From Candidatus Hydrogenedentota bacterium (GTDB lineage: Bacteria; Hydrogenedentota; Hydrogenedentia; Hydrogenedentales; SLHB01): a stretch of DNA of 64,000 bases. Position 1 is the stretch's first letter, and every line of letters begins with the position of its first letter. Shown here in pieces: positions 49,638 through 60,029 of this stretch. The stretch is taken from positions 9,936-73,935 of the forward strand of contig JBKHFO010000001.1 in NCBI GenBank assembly GCA_046540175.1, in the 5' to 3' direction. The position numbers and the translations under genes are program-made. The notes under the pieces are model-generated. The model worked only from the letters and a program-made list of their open reading frames with translations, was not told the DNA's origin and did no database searches.

Positions 49638-52348
49638 TATTGCAGACTCCCTTTCGTTGTTTCCACCGCCGACGGGCGGTGAATGGCGTGGTGGAGTCGC
49701 GTCCGCATGCGCTCCATTTCTTCACTTGATGTCACTTTGCGTCCTTCGCAAGTCACATAGAACGAATCCCGGACCCGCCGCGCGTCCGTCACGATCCGGG
49801 CTGTGGCTATATCGCATCCCAACCCCGTCAAGGTGTGGGCTACGTCATACAGTAGCCCGGTTCGATCCCCGCTTTCGATATCAATGACTGTGTGGGTCCG
49901 CGAACTGTAATTGTCGAACTCGATTTGGGTGCGTACGGGGATGCGGGGTTGCAGCAGGGCGAACAACCGCCGGCGCGCCTGTTCAACATAGGGCTTCACA
50001 TCCGCGCCTTCAACCAGCACAGCCCGCAAGACCCGTTCAAGGCCGGCCAACTCGGTCTGGGTTAACCGCCGTCCTCCGGAGGGCTCTCCCACGGTGAAGC
50101 AGTCAATCACGTATCCGTCGGGCCGGGTAAAAAGGGCGGCGCTGTTAACATCCATGAGCTGTGAAGTGAAACTGCCCGCCAACTTGGCGAAAAGGCCGAT
50201 TTGGTCGCGCGTGCTTATGGTGATCTCGCTCATGACCGTATCATCTATTGGAGCCGTATGGAGGACGAAACCCGCTTCTTTGGCGCGCGCAATCAGCTCA
50301 AGATGGTGCGCCATCTGTTCGCTTGAAAAGGCTGCATAGTACCGTTCTCCCATGTCCCGGATGTGGGCTTCAACCTCGCTGCGAAGATCCTCGCGCGCGC
50401 GTTCCTGGACCATCTGCGCCTTAGGGGAGTTCCAGAACGCTTCGTCCGGCGATACCGTGCGGCCAAGCAAGTGCTTCTCGGCCTTCAGATACAGCTTCAT
50501 GAGCAAGGCGCCTTTCCAGTCGTTCCAGACATTGGGGCCAACGGCGGACATGTCCGCGTAAGAAAGCAGGAACAAGGACCGGAGGCGCTGTTCAGTCCGC
50601 ATCGTTTCCGCAAAGGACCGGACAATGTCCTCGTCATCAATGTCCCGGTACTGGCTGATGAAGGTCATTTGCATGTGATGCTCGACGAGAAAGGCGATCC
50701 GTTCCACATCGTCGGCGGAAAGCCCCATACGGTAGGCTATGCGCCGGGCAAGGCGGGTGCTTTCTTGAACATGAACCTCTCCCTTGGCCTTGCCCAAATC
50801 GTGAAATAGAATGGCCATCACGAGAATATGGGGATCCGACAAATGCTCAAGGGCAGTGCGTAAGCAACGCGAGACGGTGTCGTCGCGTTCGTGAAGGGCC
50901 GAAAGCGCCTCCAAAGCCCGCAGCGTATGTTCATCCACGGGATAAGCATGAAAATCCTCGTAGCAAATTATGCCCTCAATCGCCCCAAATTCTGGAATAT
51001 ACCGGCCCAGCAGGCCCGTTTGCGCCATTTGCCGTAGCGTGCTTCCCGCTGTGGTTGGATGATTGCATAGGGCGGTGAAAAGGCGCCGCACGACATCGCT
51101 CGAACGGAATGTATCGCCCACGAGCCCCAGGTTGCGCCTGATGCGGCGTTCCGTTTCGTAGCTCAGGGGGACTCCTTGGCTGGCGCTCTTCCAGAAGACC
51201 TCCATGAGCCGCGCCGGCGCTTGGGCGAACCAATGGGGATCGTGAAGTCCCGCATGAAGTTCCCCGCCGCTGATCGTTACCTCATCGGCGGAACCGGCGT
51301 GCGTCTCCGCGGTAGGCGATAGGGAGGGCTGACAGTTCCACAATCCCGCGGCGCGCCGAAGCAGGTTGCGCATCGTTCTCGCGGCTGCGTAGTAGTCCTC
51401 CATGAGGCGCGCGATATTAGGGCGCTCCCCCGCCGTATATTCAAAGGCTTGCGCTAGCCGGTGCTGATTCGAGAAAGTTAACCGATCCTCGTCTTTGCCG
51501 GTTACGAAATGCAACTCGTTGCGCAGGCGCAGTAGGAAATCAAGCGCCTCGACGACTTCGAGGTGGGTTTCGGGGGAGAGAAGACCTGTGCTGGCGACCT
51601 CGTCGAGCGTCTTTGTACCGTAGGCTGTCATGGGAAGCCACAGGGCGCTGTGATAGTCGCGGAGCCCTCCGGCGTTCTGCTTGATATCGGGGGAAAGCGC
51701 GTACAGATCGCCATATTTTGCGGGCAATTCCCCGAAACGTTCGCGCACAATTTCTTCGATGTAGCGATGGGCGACGCCCTTTACCTGTAAATCTCGCACG
51801 CACAGTTTCAGCCGTGCGAATACTGTTGTGTCGCCCGCCAAGAGCCGGGCCTGAGAAAAGCTGGTGAACACTTCCTTGTCGTCATTCGCCAACTCTTGGG
51901 TTTCCGCGATGGTGCGGATGGCGTATCCCACATGAAAGCCCAGGTCCCACAAAAACGCGACCAGATAGCTGTTGAGGGTCTCGATAGCGGGGCTCAGCTT
52001 GCCATCGTGGATCAAGGCCACATCGAGGTCCGAGTAGGGACTCAGTTCGGCGCGGCCATACCCGCCGACCGCACACAAAGCCACACGGCTTTCAACTTGT
52101 GCTGTATCATGAGCGGCCGCCAGCCCGAACCGGTAGACGCCCTGAAGCACCGTGTCCGCCATGTCCGACAAGGCCCGCACGACATTGCCGCCCGACTCGC
52201 CGGCTTCATGCCGACTGCGAATCGCCTTGCGGCGGGCTTCCGTATAGGCGCGAGCCGCCTCCAGGCACTCGTTCCGGGACATCGCACGGAACGCCTGGGG
52301 ATCGCTGCTGGCCAGCGTCACGAGTTCTTCGAAGGCGGGCATGGTCAT
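49637..52348 (-). CDS. glnD: [Protein-PII] uridylyltransferase/uridylyl-removing enzyme
   Basis: Nucleotidyltransferase GGYGRAELSPYSDLDV, HD domain HDLGK, two C-terminal ACT domains. Start trimmed to MTMPAFEEL. Confidence 0.9.
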   Translation of the reverse strand: MTMPAFEELVTLASSDPQAFRAMSRNECLEAARAYTEARRKAIRSRHEAGESGGNVVRALSDMADTVLQGVYRFGLAAAHDTAQVESRVALCAVGGYGRAELSPYSDLDVALIHDGKLSPAIETLNSYLVAFLWDLGFHVGYAIRTIAETQELANDDKEVFTSFSQARLLAGDTTVFARLKLCVRDLQVKGVAHRYIEEIVRERFGELPAKYGDLYALSPDIKQNAGGLRDYHSALWLPMTAYGTKTLDEVASTGLLSPETHLEVVEALDFLLRLRNELHFVTGKDEDRLTFSNQHRLAQAFEYTAGERPNIARLMEDYYAAARTMRNLLRRAAGLWNCQPSLSPTAETHAGSADEVTISGGELHAGLHDPHWFAQAPARLMEVFWKSASQGVPLSYETERRIRRNLGLVGDTFRSSDVVRRLFTALCNHPTTAGSTLRQMAQTGLLGRYIPEFGAIEGIICYEDFHAYPVDEHTLRALEALSALHERDDTVSRCLRTALEHLSDPHILVMAILFHDLGKAKGEVHVQESTRLARRIAYRMGLSADDVERIAFLVEHHMQMTFISQYRDIDDEDIVRSFAETMRTEQRLRSLFLLSYADMSAVGPNVWNDWKGALLMKLYLKAEKHLLGRTVSPDEAFWNSPKAQMVQERAREDLRSEVEAHIRDMGERYYAAFSSEQMAHHLELIARAKEAGFVLHTAPIDDTVMSEITISTRDQIGLFAKLAGSFTSQLMDVNSAALFTRPDGYVIDCFTVGEPSGGRRLTQTELAGLERVLRAVLVEGADVKPYVEQARRRLFALLQPRIPVRTQIEFDNYSSRTHTVIDIESGDRTGLLYDVAHTLTGLGCDIATARIVTDARRVRDSFYVTCEGRKVTSSEEMERMRTRLHHAIHRPSAVETTKGSLQ

Positions 52349-53141
52349 TGCGCGGTTTCCCCCTCGGGGGTTGTTGGGGCGGTCTCGTATGGGGGGCCGA
52401 CAAGCGTGAAGGCGTATTGGGGCGCCCACCCACGACCGCCTTCAACGGATTCAATGCGAATCCACTCGTCCTCTTGGCGATCTACTGTAACACGATCGCC
52501 TTCGTGGAGTTCAAACCGCACCTCGCTTACCTCGCCAATCCCGTACCGCACAGGAACGCTTTCCACGCTGGCAACCGCAACCCGTGCGGGCTGGTGGCGC
52601 ACCCATCCCATGGCGGCAAACAGGGCGGCAAAAAGTAAGCTTAACGCGGCTACTACCTTGATCCAACGCGTAGACCGCCAAATGCAAGCTGCCATCGCGC
52701 CCCAGAACAGGCCCCAAAACCCAACGGCTAACCATACAGTGGTTGCTGGAGCAAGCCGGGATTGAGCGGTTAGCAAGGCCTGCCGCCATGCGGGCTTTTC
52801 CGGGGGGACCAGGCCTTGCTCGGTTTGCGCGAGGGCGTGTCGAAGGCTGCGGCGGGCCTGCGCGAAATGGGGATTGTGCTGCAAAGCTCGTTCGTAGTTT
52901 GCTATGGCGGGACCAAGGCGTCCTTGTTGATGGAAGGCATGGGCCAAGTTGTAGAAGACGGGGGCCTCCCGGACGCCCTCGGCTACCAACAGTTGAAACT
53001 GTTGAGCCGCGGCTGCGTAGTCTTCGTCTTCATAGGCTTCCACGCCGCGGGCGAAGGTCACGTCATGGGCAGTTTCCTGCGCCGAGCCGGCGGCGGCAGT
53101 AAAGGCGAATGACAAGAATATAAGAAAAAGCATTCTGCTCA
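52345..53141 (-). CDS. batE: BatE-like protein (TPR + SH3b), Bat/MoxR operon
   Basis: Signal MSRMLFLIFLSFAFTAAAG. TPR helices, a TM segment, and a C-terminal SH3-like GDRVTVDRQEDEWIRIE...GWAPQYAF. Confidence 0.7.
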
Positions 53142-54980
53142 TGAGCAGCGCCTCGGATTCTCTTCGTTGGCTTGTACCGTGTCCATGGCGTGGCGGGCGG
53201 CGTCGCTCAGGGCGGCGATTTCCTGCCGATTCAACCAAGCGCCTCCATAGCGGACCCGTTCACAAACGCGCAAGATCCGAATCAGATTGTCTTGCACCGT
53301 TTTGTCCAGCCCGCGCCAGGCCAGGACGTGCTCCAAATCTCCGGCTGTCACGCCGCCTGCCGGAAGGTCAAAGGCGTCCGCCACATACGTGGACACCGCG
53401 CGATGCAAGACTTCCGCGGGTTCGGTTGACGTAGCCGCTAGCTCCAGTCTGCGCTTGGCTTCCGCCGCGGCTTTGCGAAGCCGGGCGCGGGTGTTCACAG
53501 CTTCATTACGCCGCCGGCGGACATAGAGGCCCAGCATGGCGAAGCCCACCATGGGCGCGGCCGCGGCTGCTCCTGCGCGCACGGCCAGGTTGCCTCGCGG
53601 CCGGAGACCACCGGGATTGGCGGCCAAGGGAGGAAGTTCGCCTTCGGGCCCTGCGGTTCCCCATCGGCCGGCGGCGGTTTGCTCGTCTACCCGTACGCGC
53701 TCTTGCTGGGCCACCCGTCTTGGGCTGACCTCGATGTCGAAGGCGCTGGTGGTCTTACTCACATACGTTTCGCGGCTAGGATCAAAGTAAGAGTACGCGA
53801 TCGGGGGAAACCGAACCCGCCCATCGGATTCCGGGGCGACGCTGTACGTGATCTGCTTGCGGGCCAGGGCCCGGTCCGGATCCTCCAAGCGGGCGCGCTG
53901 TTCCACATCCACAATCTCCGCCCCCTGAAGGCGTGGCGCGCGGGGCATCCCCATGGCGTTGGGATTGCCCCTCCCTTCAAGGACGACCCGCACCTCGAAA
54001 GGCAATCCTTGTTCGGCCTGCGTGGGATGCTCCTCCAGCGCGATATCAAATTGGCCCACTGCCCCGCTGAATCCGCTCGGGGCTCCCGGGGGCAGGGGCT
54101 TAACTTCCACCTCGATGGGGGCGGTCTCAAGCGTTAGACGGCGGCGCTGAAAGCCTGCGTACGTGGTCGCGCGGACCATGCCTTCCCAACGCCAAGGGCC
54201 GAGGGTTAAGACGCCGTTTTGGATGGGATAAAGCGTTTGATAATACTGATTAAGCTCATATGGCCAGCCGTCCAATTCCCGGTTATCCTGCCGGGTTCGA
54301 AAATCCATGGCGTAGAAGCCTTCCGTGGAGGGATATTCGTGCTGGGCGCCAGGTCCCGAAGACACGGAGACATTCCGGTCATCCAGCTTCCAGAGCGAAA
54401 GCTCCAGTTCCAGTAATTCGCCCTCATACACGCTCTTCTCATTAACCCTGCTGGTGAGAAACACGACATCGTCCCATCCCACGGGGCTTTCGCTATCCCC
54501 TTCCTGCGAAGGCCGAATCCGGTGTTGGCCGGACAATTCGTCGCGCCGCGCGGATGGTTGAGTGGGAGCCGGCCGGATTGATATCGGAGAATCGCCGCCT
54601 GGGCTGGGAAGCACGGTTATCTCTACCGGGTTGGATTCGATGGTTTCCCCATCGATTTCGGCTCTGGCTGGCGGAATGGTAAGGACGCCGGGTTCACGGG
54701 CGATAGTGCGGTAACTCCGGACCTTGGTGTGCACCGGTTTGTCTCCCATGCCAAATTGCACGCGATCGGCCCCGCCCGCGTACCGGCCATCAAAGGCGAG
54801 CCCTTCGACTTCCGGCAACGAGAGTTCGCCAAGGCTTCCGCCACAAGCTTCAATGATTAGCTGGAAGGGCCTGTTTTGCCCCACCGTCTCTGGCTCCACA
54901 CTCATATGCAAATAGGGAGGCTCCTCCCCCAACGCGAGGGAGGCGCTCAATGCTGCTATAAGGGCGAATCCATTACGCAT
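53139..54980 (-). CDS. batD: BatD-like protein
   Basis: Signal peptide. About 600-aa beta-rich periplasmic region. One TM helix (AAAAAPMVGFAMLGLYV) with a basic tail. Position matches batD in the operon. Confidence 0.7.
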   Translation of the reverse strand: MRNGFALIAALSASLALGEEPPYLHMSVEPETVGQNRPFQLIIEACGGSLGELSLPEVEGLAFDGRYAGGADRVQFGMGDKPVHTKVRSYRTIAREPGVLTIPPARAEIDGETIESNPVEITVLPSPGGDSPISIRPAPTQPSARRDELSGQHRIRPSQEGDSESPVGWDDVVFLTSRVNEKSVYEGELLELELSLWKLDDRNVSVSSGPGAQHEYPSTEGFYAMDFRTRQDNRELDGWPYELNQYYQTLYPIQNGVLTLGPWRWEGMVRATTYAGFQRRRLTLETAPIEVEVKPLPPGAPSGFSGAVGQFDIALEEHPTQAEQGLPFEVRVVLEGRGNPNAMGMPRAPRLQGAEIVDVEQRARLEDPDRALARKQITYSVAPESDGRVRFPPIAYSYFDPSRETYVSKTTSAFDIEVSPRRVAQQERVRVDEQTAAGRWGTAGPEGELPPLAANPGGLRPRGNLAVRAGAAAAAPMVGFAMLGLYVRRRRNEAVNTRARLRKAAAEAKRRLELAATSTEPAEVLHRAVSTYVADAFDLPAGGVTAGDLEHVLAWRGLDKTVQDNLIRILRVCERVRYGGAWLNRQEIAALSDAARHAMDTVQANEENPRRCS

Positions 54981-54982
54981 AT

Positions 54983-55879
54983 CTACCACCATTGCGCCCG
55001 TATGCGGGGCCCATCGTGCTCCCGGAGCATCTCCCGCTGTTCCCGGTTGTCCTCTTCCTCCAGGGCCTCGAGAATGGCTTCAAGCGTCTGAGGGTTTTCC
55101 GGGGTCTCGGGGGACTCTGTCTCTTCGGGGTTCGGTTGAGGCCCGGCGGGCGCCTCGCGCTCCTCAGGGTCCTGCTCCTGTTCGCCATCGCCGGCTTCCG
55201 GCTGTTCTTCTCCCTCTCCCTCTTCCTCTCCCTCTTCCTCTTTCTCTCCTTCTTCTCCCTCGTCGCCGCTGTTTTCAGGCTCGGGCTCTTCTCCCTCTTC
55301 CTGGGGTTCCTCGTCTTCGGACTCGTCCTCGTCCGGTTCCTCTTGAGGGGGATTCTCCAATAAGGTCTTCCGCAAATAGCGCATGTGATCGAGATTGTGC
55401 TGGGCGGCCTTGTGATCCGGGTATTGGGCTAGGAACTCCTCGTAGCTGCTTATGCTATCCTCGACGGCCTCCAAGGCTTCCTCGTACGGCCTGGCGCGCG
55501 CGATTGCCCGGGCCTGCCGGCCCTCGGTGTTGGCCCGGTTGTACGCCGCATCCCGCCTTAACTCGATGTCTGCGTCCTCCGGAAGACTGTCGAAGATTTC
55601 CTGGGCGGCCTCAAAGTGCTCGAACGCCTCGTCCAGGTCTCCGGCTTCCAAGGCCTCCTTGCCAAGCGAAACTTTCGCAGATCCCATATTATACCGCAAC
55701 ACGCCGGAGGAAGGCGCTTCAATCTGAAGCAACTGGTACAGCTCCAATGCGGCTTGGGCCTCGCCTTGCTCGAGAAGCTCGTTGCCGCGTTCGACCTGCT
55801 CGCGCAACGAACTCGCCCCCCCGGCGGCATGCATGCCGCCAAGTACGATTACAATTATGAGACACGTTAGCCTATGCAT
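54983..55879 (-). CDS. batC: BatC-like TPR protein with acidic Glu-rich C-terminus
   Basis: Signal MHRLTCLIIVIVLGGMHAAGG. TPR repeats. EEPDEDESEDEEPQEEGEEPE tail. Confidence 0.7.
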   Translation of the reverse strand: MHRLTCLIIVIVLGGMHAAGGASSLREQVERGNELLEQGEAQAALELYQLLQIEAPSSGVLRYNMGSAKVSLGKEALEAGDLDEAFEHFEAAQEIFDSLPEDADIELRRDAAYNRANTEGRQARAIARARPYEEALEAVEDSISSYEEFLAQYPDHKAAQHNLDHMRYLRKTLLENPPQEEPDEDESEDEEPQEEGEEPEPENSGDEGEEGEKEEEGEEEGEGEEQPEAGDGEQEQDPEEREAPAGPQPNPEETESPETPENPQTLEAILEALEEEDNREQREMLREHDGPRIRAQWW

Positions 55880-56966
55880 ATTCGTTGCCGCTATCTGGCG
55901 CGGCGTGTTCACGGGCCAAATTGCGCTGGCGGAACGCGGGTAATAGGACCAGCCAGAAGCCTTCGGCCGCAAAACACAGCAGGCCCAAGCCCAAGGGCCA
56001 CTGATACCGGTTCACCTCTTCTATCCGCTGCTCATCGCTCAGGACGCGCGTCGCGTGGCCCGTGAGTCCGCTTTCCAATTGATCGAGATCCCAGCTATCG
56101 TGACTGCCGCGGATATAGGATCCGCCGCCTGCATTGGCGGCCTGAATAAGCCCATCTTCCTCCAAGCGCGTATGATGGGTCCCCGGCGCGCTGAGAGGCA
56201 AATCACGGCGCAGCCATGGCGGAGCCTCGACTGCCACGCCCCGCGTTGTGCCGATTCCGAGGGCATAGACGGCCGCCAACTCTGATAGGTCCCGGGCGGC
56301 GTCCACCACGTCCCCGCTAACTTCCTCGCCGTCGGATAAGACCACCACGGCCCGGCTATGGCGGCTGTGGGGACCTGTATGTTCTGCTTCAGCCTGGAAC
56401 GTTTCAGCCGCTTTGTTCAATCCAGCCTCGAGGTCGGTGCCGGCAAACCCGATGATCCCGGAGTCGATTGACCGAAGCACCGCGCGAGCGTAGCCGTGGT
56501 CATGGCTTAGCGGACTCAGACGCTCGGCGCCGCCGGAGATTACGATAAACCCGAACCGATCGCCCGGGAAGCGGTCCATGAGCATGAGCGCTTTGCGCCG
56601 GGCCATTTCGAGGCGGGTCGGGGGCGCATCCTCGGCGAGCATGCTGGGCGAAATGTCCAGAATAACCAGTATGTCCCGGCTTCGCCGTTGCACATCGACC
56701 CGCGACTCGCCCCAATGAGGTTGCGCCAGGGCAATCGCCAGAAAAGCGCACCCCGCCAAGGTGAACCAGCGCAAGGGTTTGCGCGCGCGGCCATCCGCCC
56801 CGGCTTGCAACCGGGGCGCAAGCGTACCGTGGACGAACTGGTTGATCCGTTCGCCCCGGTAGTTTTCCAGAATGCGCAACGCCAACCAGATCAGGGCCAG
56901 GGAGGAGGCCATGATGAACACCCATAGGGGTAGTTGGTGCGTTGGGAACGCGAATGCGATATCCAT
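55872..56966 (-). CDS. batB: BatB-like von Willebrand factor A domain membrane protein
   Basis: N-terminal TM pair. VWA MIDAS DISPSM...SGG...LSDGEE. Confidence 0.8.
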   Translation of the reverse strand: MDIAFAFPTHQLPLWVFIMASSLALIWLALRILENYRGERINQFVHGTLAPRLQAGADGRARKPLRWFTLAGCAFLAIALAQPHWGESRVDVQRRSRDILVILDISPSMLAEDAPPTRLEMARRKALMLMDRFPGDRFGFIVISGGAERLSPLSHDHGYARAVLRSIDSGIIGFAGTDLEAGLNKAAETFQAEAEHTGPHSRHSRAVVVLSDGEEVSGDVVDAARDLSELAAVYALGIGTTRGVAVEAPPWLRRDLPLSAPGTHHTRLEEDGLIQAANAGGGSYIRGSHDSWDLDQLESGLTGHATRVLSDEQRIEEVNRYQWPLGLGLLCFAAEGFWLVLLPAFRQRNLAREHAAPDSGNEYA

Positions 56967-57072
56967 GTGCTACGTTTCACTAATGGTTGTAACGAAATCG
57001 TTCGTTACTCGTACCGCCGGCATCATATAGACCGTCTCTAAGCCGACAAGATGCCGGCAGTACGTTCCGCTG

Positions 57073-58140
57073 TTACGGTATCGGTTCAAACCACAACCGG
57101 CGCGTGAATACAGACGCCGCCACCATGGTCAAACCGGCAGCCGCGTACGGGGGAAATCCTTCCTCCGTGTGATAATATTCGCTAATCTCAATTTCCGTAC
57201 GTTCAAGTTCGCTAATCTCTTCATAGGCTTCGCGTAGCGACTCCGCGTCCGTGGCCCGGTAGTACCGTCCGCCGGTCAGTTCGGCGATGGCGGTGAGTGA
57301 CTCGTCGTCAATGGGGATGTGCACCGGCGCCAGCCGTTCTCCAAGCACGGTCCGCTGTGGAATGAGCACCTCGCCCCGGGAACCCGCCCCCACGGCGTAA
57401 ATGCGGATGCCATACTCGTTGGCGAGGTGGGCCGCGGTCATGGGATCAAGTTCGCCCGTGTTGTTCCGGCCGTCTGTTAGCAACACGAGGACCCGCGTTT
57501 CCGCCTCGGAATGGCGCAGCCGGCTTACGGCCAAGCCAATGGCCGAGCCAATGGCCGTTCCTTGTTTGCGTCGATCCTCCAAGTCGATGTACGCGCGATC
57601 GATTTCCCGTTGCACGATGTCATAGTCCAGGGTGAGCGGACTGGCCGTCCACGCGGTTCCGGCGAACAGGATAAGCCCCAGCCGGTCTATCGAGCCTTGA
57701 CTTGTCATGTGCTGCCGGCTGTCAACAAAATGGCGCAAGACCTCCTTGGAAACTTCCAGCCGGTCCCGCCGTTGGCCCTCGACGGAAAAATCAAGCGCCT
57801 TCATGCTTCCCGACACGTCCAGGCTCAACATGAGGTCCATCACTTCCACCTTTTCAGGAACGGGTTGTAACCCTTTCACGGGCCGGGCCAACGCCACCAC
57901 GAGCAGGCCTAGGCCAATCGCGCGCAGAATGGGCGGGATCAAACGCAGTTTCTCGCGGTGAGGCCCCGCCACCCGCGCAAGCACGTCGCCCGTGGACACC
58001 TGTATTACGCCCGGCGCCCGCACGGCTATCTCGGCGATAAGCAACGCGCCCACGCCCACCAACAGCACCAGGAACCAGGGGTGGATAAGCGAACTGAAGT
58101 AAAATGGGCCTAACCACTCATACATGCTTACTTGACTCAT
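57073..58140 (-). CDS. batA: BatA-like VWA domain membrane protein
   Basis: N-terminal TMs. LDVSGSM...TAIGSA...LLTDGRNN. C-terminal TM. Confidence 0.8.
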   Translation of the reverse strand: MSQVSMYEWLGPFYFSSLIHPWFLVLLVGVGALLIAEIAVRAPGVIQVSTGDVLARVAGPHREKLRLIPPILRAIGLGLLVVALARPVKGLQPVPEKVEVMDLMLSLDVSGSMKALDFSVEGQRRDRLEVSKEVLRHFVDSRQHMTSQGSIDRLGLILFAGTAWTASPLTLDYDIVQREIDRAYIDLEDRRKQGTAIGSAIGLAVSRLRHSEAETRVLVLLTDGRNNTGELDPMTAAHLANEYGIRIYAVGAGSRGEVLIPQRTVLGERLAPVHIPIDDESLTAIAELTGGRYYRATDAESLREAYEEISELERTEIEISEYYHTEEGFPPYAAAGLTMVAASVFTRRLWFEPIP

Positions 58141-59147
58141 GCCGCTTCTTGCCGCGGCTCTTCGCGGCGGATTGTTTCCGTCACAAAGGCTCGAATATCG
58201 TCGAGATGCCGCCGCGCCTCGGCGGCCGAAGGCTGGAACCGGGCGAATTTGACCCGGTCGCTGTGGCGTAAAAACCCCGCGAGAAACTGCTGTTGCTGTT
58301 CCGTCAACGCGCCATTCGCCGAGGCGTCCTCAAGGAGTTCTTGGGTGGTCTGTTCCTGCGCGTGAATCGCAAAACGTTGCGCAAGGTAATCCCGGAGGAT
58401 GCGGGACAGCTCGACGTAATACCGGTTGAAATCGCCACTGGCGGGGAGGTTTTGCGCGGAAAGCTCGTCCAATTGCTTGAGGGCGCCGTCCCACGCGGTC
58501 AGCGGCTCCCGGCCCGCTTGGGCGGCTCGCCGGCGCGCCCAAAGCCACGCCGCAAAGACCGCAACGGCCGCCGCGCCGGTCACGAGCGCCCATACTTGCC
58601 ATTGCCGCCACCAAGGGGTGGCAGGCGCGGCGGGGCCGGCGTCGGGCGCGAACCGCATCACGGCTTGCTGTTCATCGGGCGTCAGTTCCCGCGCCTGGAT
58701 CGCCACCGGCGGCACGTTGGCTTCGACGGCGTCCGGCCCATACGTAACCGGCGGCGGTTCTATGGCGTATTCGCCGGCTTCCGGGGCGTCCAACGCGAAG
58801 GTGGTTGTGATTCGGACACGTCCATCGTCGAGGGGTTCCTCTTCCCGGCCCAGGTCCCGGTAGACTTTCAAGTCCCCGGCATGCTCCGCCAGATCGGGAA
58901 AGGTCACGTCAAGCGCTTCCGGCGCCTCCACGGTAATCGTGTACGTGAAAAGCCGGTGAAATGGCCCCTCGGATGGAGTGGCCGCGGCCCGCACCGAAAC
59001 GTCGCCCGCCTGGCCTGGCTGGGCGGTGGCGTTTCCAAATCCCAAGAGCACTAGGGCGGCCGCCGCCCCAAAAAGACGGAAACAGTCCCGCGCCCGGTTC
59101 ATTCCCCGGACTCTATGGTTGACGGGCTCTGTTGTCATGGTGTTCAT
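58137..59147 (-). CDS. Bat-operon-associated membrane protein (DUF4381-like)
   Basis: Signal peptide. Central TM WQVWALVTGAAAVAVFAAWLW. Sits between DUF58 and batA as in described Bat operons. Confidence 0.6.
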   Translation of the reverse strand: MNTMTTEPVNHRVRGMNRARDCFRLFGAAAALVLLGFGNATAQPGQAGDVSVRAAATPSEGPFHRLFTYTITVEAPEALDVTFPDLAEHAGDLKVYRDLGREEEPLDDGRVRITTTFALDAPEAGEYAIEPPPVTYGPDAVEANVPPVAIQARELTPDEQQAVMRFAPDAGPAAPATPWWRQWQVWALVTGAAAVAVFAAWLWARRRAAQAGREPLTAWDGALKQLDELSAQNLPASGDFNRYYVELSRILRDYLAQRFAIHAQEQTTQELLEDASANGALTEQQQQFLAGFLRHSDRVKFARFQPSAAEARRHLDDIRAFVTETIRREEPRQEAA

Positions 59148-59150
59148 TGT

Positions 59151-60029
59151 TCAACTGTAGCGCCGTTCGCGCATCCGGAAAAAACGGTACAGCTCCTGCA
59201 CGTAGGATTGATCCGTGCGAACCCGGATCGCGTCCACCTTGGTTCTCTGAAACACTTTGTCCCGCTCTTCCGCGCGCTTCCGGGCCGCTTCGGCGTAGCG
59301 CGCCCTCACGCTCTTCCGCGCCGTGTTCACAAGCACTTCCTGCCCACTCTCGGCGTCCCGCGCCGACACAAGCCCCACGGGGGGCAGCGTTTCCTCGCGG
59401 GGATCGCTCACTACAACGCCTACCACGTCATGGCGGGTGTTGGCAAGCCGCAGGGCGGACTCGTATCCTTCGGCGATGAAATCGGACACGAGAAACACGA
59501 CGGCGCGCCGTTTGGTGACGCGGTTGAGAAAGTGGAGCGCGGCGGGGATATTGGTCTTGCGGCCCTTGGGGGTGTAATACAAGACTTCCCGGATCACGCG
59601 GAGCACATGGGTGCGCCCTTTCTTGGGGGGGACGTAAAGCTCCACGTCATCGGTGAAGATAATCAGGCCGACCTTGTCATTATTCTGAACAGCCGAATAC
59701 GCGAGCACGGCGCAGAGTTCGGCGGCCAGCTCCGTCTTGAACCGGTTCACACTGCCGAACTGGCCTGACGCGCTCGCGTCCACCGCCAACAGCACCGTCA
59801 GCTCCCGTTCTTCCGCCAACACCTTAATGTGCGCGTCGCCGGTGCGGGCCGTCACGTTCCAATCAATGAGCCGGACGTCATCGCCCGGAACGTATTCCCG
59901 GACCTCCCGGACCTCGACGCCCTGCCCTTTGAATACGCTTTCGTACTGGCCCGCTAAAACGTCATTCACCATCCGGCGTGTGCGAATCTGAATGCGCCGG
60001 ATCTGTTTCATGATTTCGCTTGGTATCAT
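59151..60029 (-). CDS. DUF58 (VWA-like) protein, MoxR partner
   Basis: VREYVPGDDVRLIDWNVTARTG...LLAVDASASGQFGS is characteristic of DUF58. Confidence 0.85.
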   Translation of the reverse strand: MIPSEIMKQIRRIQIRTRRMVNDVLAGQYESVFKGQGVEVREVREYVPGDDVRLIDWNVTARTGDAHIKVLAEERELTVLLAVDASASGQFGSVNRFKTELAAELCAVLAYSAVQNNDKVGLIIFTDDVELYVPPKKGRTHVLRVIREVLYYTPKGRKTNIPAALHFLNRVTKRRAVVFLVSDFIAEGYESALRLANTRHDVVGVVVSDPREETLPPVGLVSARDAESGQEVLVNTARKSVRARYAEAARKRAEERDKVFQRTKVDAIRVRTDQSYVQELYRFFRMRERRYS

